Assembly (NCBI GenBank): GCA_030390025.1
Contig: CM059438.1
Location: 31,372,001 to 31,436,000, forward strand
Length of the DNA stretch: 64,000 nt
Source: Squalus acanthias
Lineage: Eukaryota
Direction of reading: 5' to 3'
Every line of letters begins with the position of its first letter. Positions within the stretch are counted from its first letter, which is position 1. The notes below the pieces were generated by a model. The model did not search any database, was not told the origin of the DNA, and was given only the letters and a program-made list of their open reading frames with translations. The position numbers and the translations under genes are program-made. Positions 38,153 through 48,770 of this stretch are shown here, piece by piece.

Positions 38153-38984
38153 ATTTTAGTTACTAGGAGGCAGATGAGTATGACCCAGGGTAACGTGGCC
38201 TCTGATTACTCCTCTTTCCTTGTGGAGGAGTACCCAGCCTGCACTCTAAGCCTCCTCCTGATTGTACAGCTGAGATCAGGATCTTGCTGTGTGTTGATGA
38301 ACTGCTGTTTCCTTTGTCCCATTGAAAGCTTGGCCACTCTGCTACATATTCTAGTCTGATGAACAGTATTATCCTCACTCTTACTTAAGCAAAAAAAAAA
38401 ATCATTTCTGTGTTATAGTGCATGAAAATGCATTTAATGAAGTGTTGCAATTTTTTTGGTGGTTTTATTCCATTGTTTTTATGCATCTGTGTATGTGTTA
38501 CAGCTGAGGCCAGGTCATGACCTTTTTTCATAAATCTGAAAGCAACCCACAGATCAGTGTTTGCTTCTTGCTGTCATTTTGTTCTTTTAACATGTAGCAG
38601 TGCCCTTTCCCCTGTGCTGTCCAGGCAGATGTTGTTACTTGTTGATTGATTTATTTGGCATGAGGGAGGAGCCTCCCCTGGGGAGGGGGAGGGGATATAT
38701 CCAACAGTTCCTGTGAATTTGAAGTGGGAAGAGAGAGTACCCTTCACAAATCCTAGAGTAGTAGGTAATGGTAGCTCCCCGAGGACAGCATGTAAACTTA
38801 ATCCACAACCTGATGTCTCCTGAAGAGTTCGCAATCTCAAGGACATTTAATGACAAAGCTCCAATGCTTTAATGTTCATCCAAACAAGAGTTAAGCCTGG
38901 AGCACGGGTACAGATAAATGATCGAAAGCTGACTGAAGTGGACCATTTTGTCAATGCCAATATGACAGGTTTTTTTTTTGCCTG

Positions 38985-39102
38985 AAGGGGAAATAATTGC
39001 AGGACTATGGGGAAAGGACAGGGGAATGGGACTAATTGGAGCCGGCACAAGCACGCTGGGCCGAATGCCCTCCTTCTGTGCTGTATCATTCTATGATTCT
39101 AT
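38985..39102 (+). mobile_element. CR1 3' UTR fragment
   Basis: gccggcaca..tgggccgaatg..ctccttctgtgctgtatcattctatgattctat, like 24360-24425. Confidence 0.8.
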
Positions 39103-40374
39103 AATCAGTGTGGTGCCCCCAAAGTTGCACTGGATTATGTCTGTCTTTGCGGATACATAATGACGGTAAATATTGTGCATGGCAGTGATTCGGGCTGGTG
39201 GGGAGGGGGGGGGGGGACCAGGAAATTGGATGCAGTCATTCCTACTTCCATTTCAGCTGTTTGTCCACATTATTTACTCGTGCTCGTGAAGACTCATATT
39301 TGATGCATGTTCATGAGGGCTTTTAGCTTGCAGTACTTTCACCCATTCAAACCAGACACTAAGGATACACTGTGTGGGTACAACAAACTTAAGTGGGCAC
39401 AGGCCCTGAAAGGTAAATTATCTTGGATACATATGCTTGAGATTATTTTGAATGCCCTTTTTCTGATGTGATTAGCTAAGACCGTGGAGGAAATACTTCT
39501 GGTAGTAGACCAGCAGCCCAGTGCAAGAGAAAGTGACTGTAAAGAAAGTCTCTTCAAGAGTACAACTGAACAGGGGAGACCCTTAGTGGAGAACTGGAGA
39601 GACCCTTAGTGGAGAACTGGATAGTGGTTACCACAATACAAGAGTTCATTCCACCTCAAGGTGCATCAAGACATAGGGATTGCATTGAAAGTGGCCAATT
39701 TCATGTTTTAACTGGTACAGGATGAAAGAAGATATTTGTTGGCAAAATATTCTGTAGCAGCTGAAAGAAACTCCCTGGACAAAGTGGCTATAAACTAAAC
39801 CCCATTTATTCTCCTGCATGCGGCCTGTGCTTATGAATTCGGTGGGGGCGAAATTGGGCTTGGTAGCACCCGCTTCTTGGGGGCTATGAGTTCCCGTAGG
39901 GTTCCAAAATGGCGTCCGTTGCATGCGTATACTTCTGATGCAAAGCGCGCCGGGTGCCAGATTGCTATAGGGGTTAGCGCGCCCGCGTGCACGTAATGTC
40001 CGCCGGAAGTATGCAGAGCAGGCAGATCATGACGTGAATCAGAGTGTAACGCTGATTTGACGGCAGCGCTGCCATTTTGGAACTCCAAGCTCCAGCCGAC
40101 ACACTCTCTTAACCTCACACAGCTGAACACGACATTAAGCAGCAAGAAAGATGCCCCCACCCTCCCGCCCCCACCAGCACTATTTAAAGGGGTCATCAAC
40201 TACTTACAGGTTAGTTGCTGGTTTGTTTCTTCTGGCTGTTGCTACAATTCTACACGTTTTTGGTGCTTTCTATGGTTGTTTCAAGTTGCAAAAGTCTACA
40301 GGGAGTGGTGTGGCAGGTGCTGAAGTACTTTTCGCTGACTTCAAGGCTTCTGCACAAGCCAGTTGCTCCCAGAC

Positions 40375-41562
40375 ATGGGTGCACTAGTAGGCTTTCCTCT
40401 TGAATCGAGCATGACCAGGAGAATGAACAGAGGCCACGCAGAGCAGGACAAGCTGCTAGAAGAGGGAGGAGGGGGAGAAGGGCTCTCAGCAGGAGGCCAT
40501 ATCCGCCCAAGGTGTTCAGGGAGCAATTCTCTTACCTGAACCTCAGCGAGGGACAATGTGTGAGACATCTGCGCTTCAGTAAGGACGTCCTCACTGCAAT
40601 CTGCCAACTGCTGCAACCACATCTGCAATCTCAGAGTAGGGCAAGGACAGCATTCACTGTGGCTTTGAAGGTGACCGTGGCTCTAAAATTTAAACGTCTG
40701 GCTCCTTCCAGGCTGCTGCTGGAGATATAAGCAACATTTTGAGGTTTCCAGTAAACTGCTGCATAAGGGAGGTCACTGAGGCTCTCTATACACAGAGAGA
40801 CAGCTTCATCTCACTCACTCTTGCCAGAGTCAAGCAGGCGGAGTGAGCATGAGGGTTTGCACGGATTACAGGCTTCTCAATGGTGTAGGGTGCCATTGAC
40901 TGCACGCACATTGCTTTGCATGCGCCTCATGTCAACTCTGTCATGTACCTGAACTGAAAAGGATTCCACGCCCTCAACGTGCAGCTGGTGTGTGACCATA
41001 GGCAGCGCATCATGTAGGTCAATGCCCAGTATCCTAGCAGCAGTCATGATGCATTCATTCTGCGGCTGTCCCCTGTGCCAGCTGTATTTCAGCCACCACG
41101 GCAAACCAAAGGGTGGCTACTGGGCAACAAGGGCTATCTGCTGACGACATGGCTCATGACTCTGGTTCACAACCATGTGCGCAGTATGCGTACAATCAAA
41201 GCCATGCTGCCACAAGAAATGTGATAGAGCAGACCATTGGCGTGCTGAACCAACGATTCCGCTGCCTGGACTGCTCTGGAGCAGCCCTCCAGAACTCTGC
41301 TGAGCAGGGTCTCAAGATTTGTGGTGGTAAGCTGCACGCTGCACAATCTTGCCATCATGAGGGAACAGCTGTTGCCACCACCTATCAGGCGAGAAGCTGA
41401 GGAGCAGGAGCACGAGGAGAAGGAGGAGGAGGAGGAGGAGGAAGCGGCAGATGAGGAAGAGGAGAAGAGGAGGCGGTGGAAGAGGAAGGGAAGCTGCAAA
41501 CTAGACAGTCCCTTTCTGCCCGGGCTGTACGTGAAGAACTAATTCAAGTGCGATACCAGTAA
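40375..41562 (+). pseudogene. HARBI1-like DDE transposase of the Harbinger element, disabled
   Basis: RRPYPPKVFR..YLNLSE.QCVRHLRFSK, KVTVAL, SGSFQ, GAIDCTHI, KGFHALNVQLVCD, SSHDAFIL, GWLLGNKGY, YNQSHAATRNVIEQTIGVL..RFRCLD, CTLHN, acidic tail, TAA 41560-41562. At least 5 in-frame stops plus frameshifts. Confidence 0.95.
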
Positions 41563-41733
41563 CCTCAACCCTAATTCCCCATTCACCAACAGTTCCACAC
41601 TCCTTACCTTCCCTCTGTCACTGACCATCACATCGTCCTCTTGGCCACAATGCAAAAATACAAGCCCACACAAAATACACATTCCAAATCAAATTTATAA
41701 ATTATATCATGACATATTGCATACAAAATTAAA

Positions 41734-43565
41734 CTAATCACCCTTGTGCATTCCCTGAGTGCCTGTCTTCCATGTGCCTTTGCCTGTCCCAGTGCTCCTA
41801 TGAAGTGCTACCCCAGTGGCTGCAGCATGGCTGGTGGAAGGCTGCTGACTTTCAGTGTAGGAGACTGAAGCTGGCCTTGGAGGACGACCTCGAGCAGCTC
41901 TGGGCCTAGAAGACCTGGCTTCAGACTGCACCATCTCGGCATAGGCGGCTGCAGTCTGGGCTGGCTGGCTGACAGGCAACAACAAGGACATTGGCGGAGT
42001 GGCAGTGGTGGGAGCATGAATGCTGTTGTCCTGAGTGAGGACAGCAGGTTTGTGCTCCATGGGGTCACTGCCACTCCCCCTGGGTGGCGCCTCAGCAATC
42101 CTAGTAATCTGTTGGAGGACAGATCGCTGGACTGCTGTGACGCCCTGGAAGCCCCTTTGAACACTAGTATATACAGCCATGCTGGCAGCAGTCTGAATTT
42201 CCACTGCAGCACTGAGACGTTGGGTGGCTGCTGCGTGTGCTGCAATGGAAGCTGAGACATCGGCCGTCAGACGCAGCATCATGGTTGATTCCACAAGTGT
42301 GTTGATGGAGGTGGCCACCAGTTCCATGCTGAAAAGGATGGGCTTCAAGCTCTGCGCAAAGCCCTGTGCCAAGTTGGTGCCGGACTCCTCCAAGCACCTT
42401 GACAATGAGCACAGGCTTTCTGGCAGGCTTCCCAATGCACCAAGCATTTCATTGTGCATATCCATCAGCCTTCTTCTGTAGCCTGGCCCATTGAAGTCCT
42501 CATCTGAGTCCTCTGCAGCAGAACTCATGTGCGACCTCGGTGAGCTAGCACCTGCGCTATCCTTGCAGGCCACTCGTGCCCGGAGTCTCACCTTGTGCAG
42601 ATCCCGCCTCTACACTATCCTCTAAGATACGCACAGTGTCAATCTCTAAGCTGGTGGCTGCGAATGTGAAATCGAGTGACGGTGTGTCTTTATCATCACT
42701 GTCTTCTTGGTCTTCCTCCACTGGCTGGGCAGGTTGCAGTTCTTGGGTATCTGAAAGAAAAAGGGGACAAGGGTAAAGTTGTTGTGAGGGGAGAGGGGAA
42801 AGTAAGAAGTGCATGCTTACACCACCTGCAGCTTGTAAGTCAGAAGAGATTGTGGGATGTGGGGGAAGTGGAATGTGAGAAGGATTAGGTATGAGGATAC
42901 CCTCACCTTCAAAGGATTCGGCCCTGCTGGTGGCCACGACCTCAGCAATGGTCCTTCCCATAATGGCCAGCGCCATCTCCTCCATGGGGGTTAAAACATG
43001 CAGGCGTGCCTCTCCCCCTCTGCTTAGCTCCTGCTGCCTCTGGTTGTGCGCCACCTTCTCCTGCAAGAGAGGGGGAAATGTGTCAGTGAGTATTGTGCAA
43101 TCTGTTTGGGTGATGTGGCTGTCATGGTTGCATAGCTGGCAGTGTGTGCAAGTTGTGAGATGTGGGTGTGAGGCTTGCAACTGTTCTAAGTGTGTGAGGG
43201 TGAGATGAAGCATATGAATGTTAGGTATGAGGCCTGATTGATAGAGATTGGTGGTAAGTGAGTGATGGGGGTGTGGTGAATTGAACAGTGGCTGAGGCTA
43301 GTGGTGCAGTTGGTAGGATACGGCATTTGAAAATGCATCACTGACCTTGACCACACGTGTGAGGTCACTAAAATTCTTGTGGCACTGCATTCAGGTCCTT
43401 GGGGCTAAACTCCTGGCCTTGACCTCCGTGGCTAACTGTTGCCACTGCCTTCTCATCATGTTTCTGGAGGGCCTCCTGCCCTCCTAATGGATACAGGACA
43501 TCTCTCCTCCTTTCCACCTCCTCCACCAAGACCTCCAGGGCAGCATCTTTCCCACTGTCAGCCAT
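41734..43565 (-). pseudogene. Three-exon Myb/SANT-like partner gene of the Harbinger element
   Basis: Exon 1 43565-43346 (DAALEVLVEEVERRRDVLYP..RRPS..QW..RT*MQCHKNFSDLTRVVK|gtcagt). Exon 2 43060-42901 (cag|EKVAHNQRQQELSRGG..LTPMEEMAL). Exon 3 42750-41734 (cag|, acidic linker then long helical ORF). Phases 0 and 1 are compatible; stop and frameshift in exon 1 and early exon 3. Confidence 0.9.
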
Positions 43566-43979
43566 TGTTGATTGTTGCACAGCACACTATTCCCAATGAT
43601 CTCAGCACCTCCAGCAGCCACAATGCACCTTCCCTTTAAGAGGTGCAGGCTAGCTTTAAGCAGTGCAGGCTAGCTTTAAGTAGTGCTAGGAAGCAACAAT
43701 ATTGGGCCCCCTACTGATGCGTGCAGCCAATGAACAGCACGGTTAGCTCTGGCTGCACGCAGAAATCATTATAATGAGCAGGTAGCACAAAGTTGGCGTG
43801 CTGCCTGCATTACACTGAATGGACGCGAAGTAATCGCGCATCGTGATCCCCGTGCCCATTTTTGGGGGCTATCTAATTTAACTCCCAGTATGTTTTACAC
43901 AGTGCATCCCCTTATTTTTTCAAGTTTTGCTTCCAAAGCTTTTGTTCCTTTCAGATGCTCCCTCAGTGGCAGGAGTGAG

Positions 43980-45240
43980 ATGGCTCACTGTTAAATGTCA
44001 GATTGAGGTGGCTTTCTGCTGCTTTGTGTTGGATAATGAGATGGCCCTGAAACCAGCTCTGCCATATCCACTGCTGCCTGATCTTGCCTGCTTTCTGATT
44101 AATCTTCTGTTATTTGAGGGAGGAGACTGGAAGGGTTCGATGCGCCATTGCCCTGAAAGGCAGCGGCCTCACCCATACTCTCTCCAACTGCAGCTGGGCA
44201 TTTCCTCAGCATGTGCACTGATCTACATGAGACCAGACCTCTGGGCAGCAATGAGGACAGTGAAACCCTGCATAATAGTTCTCTCCATCCAATTCCCCAG
44301 AATGTTGAATCCGGACAATACAGCCTGTTGTAATTTGGAACCCAAGATCTCTGGCAGCAGTCTGAGCATTCACAAGGGATACTGTGACTGGCCTTTAATA
44401 CCTCTGCAGTGGGAGCTGTACTGCAGATGGCCCTGGAGATGATAGGTAGTCCATGACAGATCACAGTACAGAAAAGCCTTTGTGCACAACTGCGCTGATG
44501 CAACTAGTGGATTCCTCCACACTTACTATCAGGTCTTGCAGGATACTTAACCGCAACCTCTTATAACTGCTTATCGTGTTGGTGCTATTTTAAGTGCAGA
44601 TGCCATAAGATCTGCGTCTGTAGCAGAAGAAGGATGCAAGTTAGCCTTCCAGAAAGCAGGTTCTTGCTTCTCCACTGCGACCACCACTTGCTCTTCCTAA
44701 CTCATGTTCAGTGCTTCGCCCGGTGCTCCTTTGTAAAACTCACTACTTGATTCACCCAGGGTGGATGTATCTGTGCTGTTGCTTGTGCCACGAAGAGTGA
44801 GTGACACAACATCTTGTAAAGTGCTGGCTTCTTCTGTGGCAGTGGGAGCTGACACTGTTTCTTGTTAAATACATAGGAAAAGTTAAGGGAAAATATAATA
44901 CAATGTTGCCTGCCTGACAACCCCTTCAAATATTGATTACACTGTGCCATGTGGTATTATGCTTGAGTGGATGCCAGGGGAAAAGAGTGAGTAGAGTGAG
45001 GAACAAGAACATGAGAAGAATGAGACTAGTCCTAAGGTTGAAGGAGGGATTCTCTTACTCCCGCTATGTACCCCATGCCAATGATTTCCAATGTGGCCTC
45101 TTCGAAGGAACTCAAAGGATTTACATTCAGAGGCCCTCCTCCCATCAATGTCTGCTTCCTTTGTATTATGTGCTGCTTTGTTGTGCAAGCAAAGAAGCAG
45201 TTGAGAGGTTGGAAGTGTTAGGAGCACATACAGTGATACC
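43980..45240 (-). pseudogene. Older Harbinger Myb-partner gene relic
   Basis: Minus-strand ATEEASTLQDVVSLTLRGTSNSTDT..GAPGEALNMS*EEQ..PSSATDADL..LQDLIVSVEESTS parallels exon 3 of 41734-43565. DGRRAS..RPHWKSLA exon-1-like remnant at ~45080-45160. Confidence 0.55.
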
Positions 45241-46569
45241 AACTGCCCATCGCGGGAGTGAATGCTTGTACATGCATCATTTTGTTTGAAGTTTTGTTTT
45301 AGAAGGGGTTTTAGTAACTATTAAACGAGCTGTAGGGCATTCTAAGGGAGGTTAAACTTTGTGGCAAACACTTTGCTAATCTACTTGGTACTTGCGTTAT
45401 CTTACTTTGGCTGATTTACTAAATTTCTTTAGCAGATGTAACCAGGTATAATAGGTGAAAACAGCATTGTTCCCATGCTCTCTGTATGGCTCACCTTAAT
45501 GGGTGCTGCACTGCAATGGCAAATAGGTTAGCTCCCCTCTGCAGCTATTCTTCAAGCAGTACTTCTACTGATGCATGAGCAAATGAAGGAGGCTGGTGGA
45601 TGCCTCTGCTCTATGGTGAGAGTGATCAAACTTTTATCCCACCAAAATGCCTCTCTTTTAGTCTGCTGCAGGCCTTTAAAACCTTTCAGCAGCAATGGCT
45701 GACCTGTCTCACAGACAAGAGCTGCCAACGCCTGACATATTACAGAAGATTTGGCGGGGTCAGATGTGCAAACTCCATTGGTGCTCTTGGTTCCTGCTCG
45801 ATCGCTAACTGTAGAAGATATTTTCTATGGCTCTATTTGTCTGCTTTGTACCATTGGCAAGAAGAACCAGTGTCGTCATTTCAAGCTCCCTCATGCTGTT
45901 TGTAACCGCTATAAATGCTGAAAATTGTCCATTGCGTAAAGTTTTCAAATGTTGTAACCTTCAACTCCGTGGATCCTATGAATGCTTATTTGTTCAGTCC
46001 AGATCCTTAATGCATACTGGCCCTGTAGAAATTGCATAGTTTAACTGAGTATTGCCCTCAAAATTCTTATAGCTTGAGACAATATCCTTGAGACTTGACA
46101 CAGTATGTGTTTTTGATTTTATCCCTGCACTAAACTTTCAACGCCTCTGTATTAGGTGCCATAATGTGGAAATTAGATTTCACACTATTAACCATCGTAA
46201 AAGTATCAAAAACCTTTTGACTGGAATAATTTATGTGGAATGGAATGATGTTTGGAAAGTATATGAGGAATTTTCTGTGTATGTGTGTATATACTTCTAC
46301 ATTCATGCAACCACTTTTGTACTGTATTTATATTACATTTTGTGACATCTGAAAGACCAAGCAGTGCAGACAAATTTGCTGCACGCATCAAAGTACGGAA
46401 CATTCAAACTGCCCTTTTTGACTTGACAAACTGTGCTTTATAGCCATCGCATCTTTTCCCTGCTGTTTGCTGCTGCTTGGTTGCGATTCAGCACTCCTTT
46501 GGTGCATATCTCCCTCAGCAGCAATTCGACTGCCGCCAAATCCCCCCCCTGCAGCTGCAGGCAGTGTTG

Positions 46570-48770
46570 ATCATGGGCATCCCAATGAGCCTACCAATGA
46601 ATGTGCTAGATTTGGAGAAGGAAGAGCAATTCCTGCGGAGGGAGGAGAAGCAGGTACGATGGTGTGGTAGTTGCCTGGCACCCTCCCTCAGGTGGCACAG
46701 GAACCATGTCATGACCCAGGCACACCTTCTAGGGCATGTTGGAAGGTACCTCCCTTTGCTGATTCAGCAGGGAAGCAGTCTCTGAGTTGTGCCAGCTACT
46801 GCACTATGACCTTCAGAGGACATCCAGCCCTGCCTGTTTTGGTTAAAGTCACCATCCCATTTAATGTTTGTGCTACTAGCTCATTTCAAGTTACCACTGT
46901 TGACATTTGCCAGATTAGTCAGATATTCCTAGACTGATACATCAAGCAGATCACTGCAGCCTTATTTACCAAGGGCAACACTTTTGCCACTTTCACAGTG
47001 GAAAGAAGGGGAAAAATGGAGAGGATCCAGCACTTCTACCAGATGATCAATGATGCTCTGCACTTTTGAGAACGCAGCCACCTGGTAGAAGCAGTAGGAC
47101 TTCCTCCACCTGCGCCTACATTGATCAAATGTAATCATTTACAATTCACACATGCCATGGGATTATTATTTGGCATCCTGATAACAATATGAAAGATAAA
47201 AAGTCCTCATTCATCTCTCCTGCCATGGCCCAGTTGCTGTCTGCCCCTTGTGGACAATGAGGAATCTGTGCGGGGACAGACCGTTGGCCGCTACAGAGTG
47301 TGAAGCCAGCCATCGAGATACTCTTAAGCTGATCCCTTAGATTCTGTAGACTAGAAGTAAGATTATCCTATACATTGGTGCCCAAGGTCTCAATAGCAGC
47401 AGACATACTGTTGGCGAGCAAAAGTGCATGAGCACTTGGACCCTCTAACCTTGGGGGGTTTCACCACAGGCTGCCATGGAGTTGCTCCTCACTCCGTGAT
47501 TCTCTACAAGTTCCCAGAACTCTTTTGCATGCATACACAGCTGTCTGGGAAAGTAACAATTTTGGGGGCAAAGAGAAATCCTCCAAATATATCCAGCGTA
47601 TAAGCAGAGGGAGGAGAGACAAGTATTAGCAGGAGGTATGTTCTCTTCTCTTCCATACCATACAGGGAGCTCTGAAGATTCTCTAAGGACTGCAGAAAGA
47701 GCTTCTGCTGATTAATGAATGTAGTTTGGTATGTAGCCCCTGTAAGTTACGAATCCTGGGAACTGCAGTAACTACCTGTCTGACCCTCACCCTCCTCCTT
47801 TTTCTGCTCATCTGCTGACACCGCCACTTACTCTACTTCACTGGTGCTCAGTGCTCCCTCCTGACTCCTCCCTTTCTAATTCCCCTGAAGTAAATGTATC
47901 TGGGTTGATGCTTGCAATGCTTTACAGGCTTTTTTGGGATGGGACTGCTTCCTGCTCCTCGGTGGTGCCAGCTTCCTCATCTTGGAGACAAAAAAGGAAG
48001 GGGACATGTGTTAGCATGGGGTGTGATTGTGCAGGACCACTGCGGTGCCGCAGCAGAAAGAAAGAAAGACTTCCATTTATATAGCGCCTTTCACGACCAC
48101 TGGACGTCTCAAAGCGCTTTACAGCCAATGAAGTACTTTTGAAGTGGAGTCACTGTTGTAATGTGGGAAACACGGCAGCCAATTTGCACACAGCAAACAG
48201 CAATGTGATAATGACCAGATAATCTGTCTTTGTTATGTTGGTTGAGGGATAAATATTGGCCAGGACACCGGGGATAACTCCCCTGCTCTTCTTTGAAATA
48301 GTGCCATGGGATCTTTTACATCCACCTGAGAGAGCAGACGGGGCCTCAGTTTAACGTCTCACCCGAAAGACGGCATCTCTGACAGTGCAGCACTCCCTCA
48401 GCACTGCACTGGAGTGTCAACCTAGCTTTATCTGCTCAAGTCTCTGGAGTGGGACTTGAACCCACAACCTTCTGACTCAGAGGAGAGGGTGCTACCAACT
48501 GAGCCACAGCTGACACAGAAGGATAGAAGTGACTGCCTGTTAGTCATAAATTCAGTGTTAGCTGTTAGCGAGAAGTCAAAGTTGAAGTGAGCCCTTATCC
48601 TGTTAACCTGTCACAAAGCCACCAAGCTCTTCCTCACCCCCTCCATCAATGACCTTCATGCCAAATATTTGGAGGGCCTGCTTCTTGTAACAGCTGAGGT
48701 GTTGCAGGTTGACTGGTTCTCCATCTGTGAGGGTTCTCTGCTGATGTTTATATGCAACTTTCTCCCTTAA
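46570..48770. mobile_element. Second, older Harbinger relic (transposase + / Myb partner -) split by a SINE
   Basis: Plus: LPVLVKVTIPFNVCATSSFQVTTVDICQISQ..IKQITAALFTKGNTF (HARBI1 N-half). Minus 48764-48608: EKVAYKHQQRTLTDGEPVNLQHLSCYKKQALQIFG (exon-2 homolog). Minus ~47660-47740: GATYQTTFINQQKLFLQSLENLQSSL (exon-3 homolog). Confidence 0.75.
48056..48516 (-). mobile_element. Full-length Deu SINE, antisense
   Basis: Reverse complement of 25094-25562 with intact box A (tggctcagttgg) and box B (ggttcaagtccc). Confidence 0.93.

Larger units (their letters stand above)
39844..43886. mobile_element. Full-length decayed PIF/Harbinger DNA transposon (4043 bp)
   Basis: TIRs GGGGGCGAAATTGG / CTAATTTAACTCCC (10/14); 3-bp flanks ggt/agt. 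Convergent transposase and Myb/SANT genes; TATA-like TATTTAAAGG at ~40181 and TTAAAGGG (minus) at ~43635. Confidence 0.93.

Noticed and set aside
39575-39621. Short direct duplications (also ~696-727 and ~18210-18250)
   Set aside because: Isolated two-copy slippage duplications with no further structure.
40375-41562. Host HARBI1 gene
   Set aside because: Multiple stops and frameshifts, inside TIRs and paired with a Myb gene: a transposon copy, not the domesticated gene.
43927-44442. 171-aa plus-strand ORF
   Set aside because: Antisense shadow of a decayed Harbinger Myb exon; non-ATG start and no domain.
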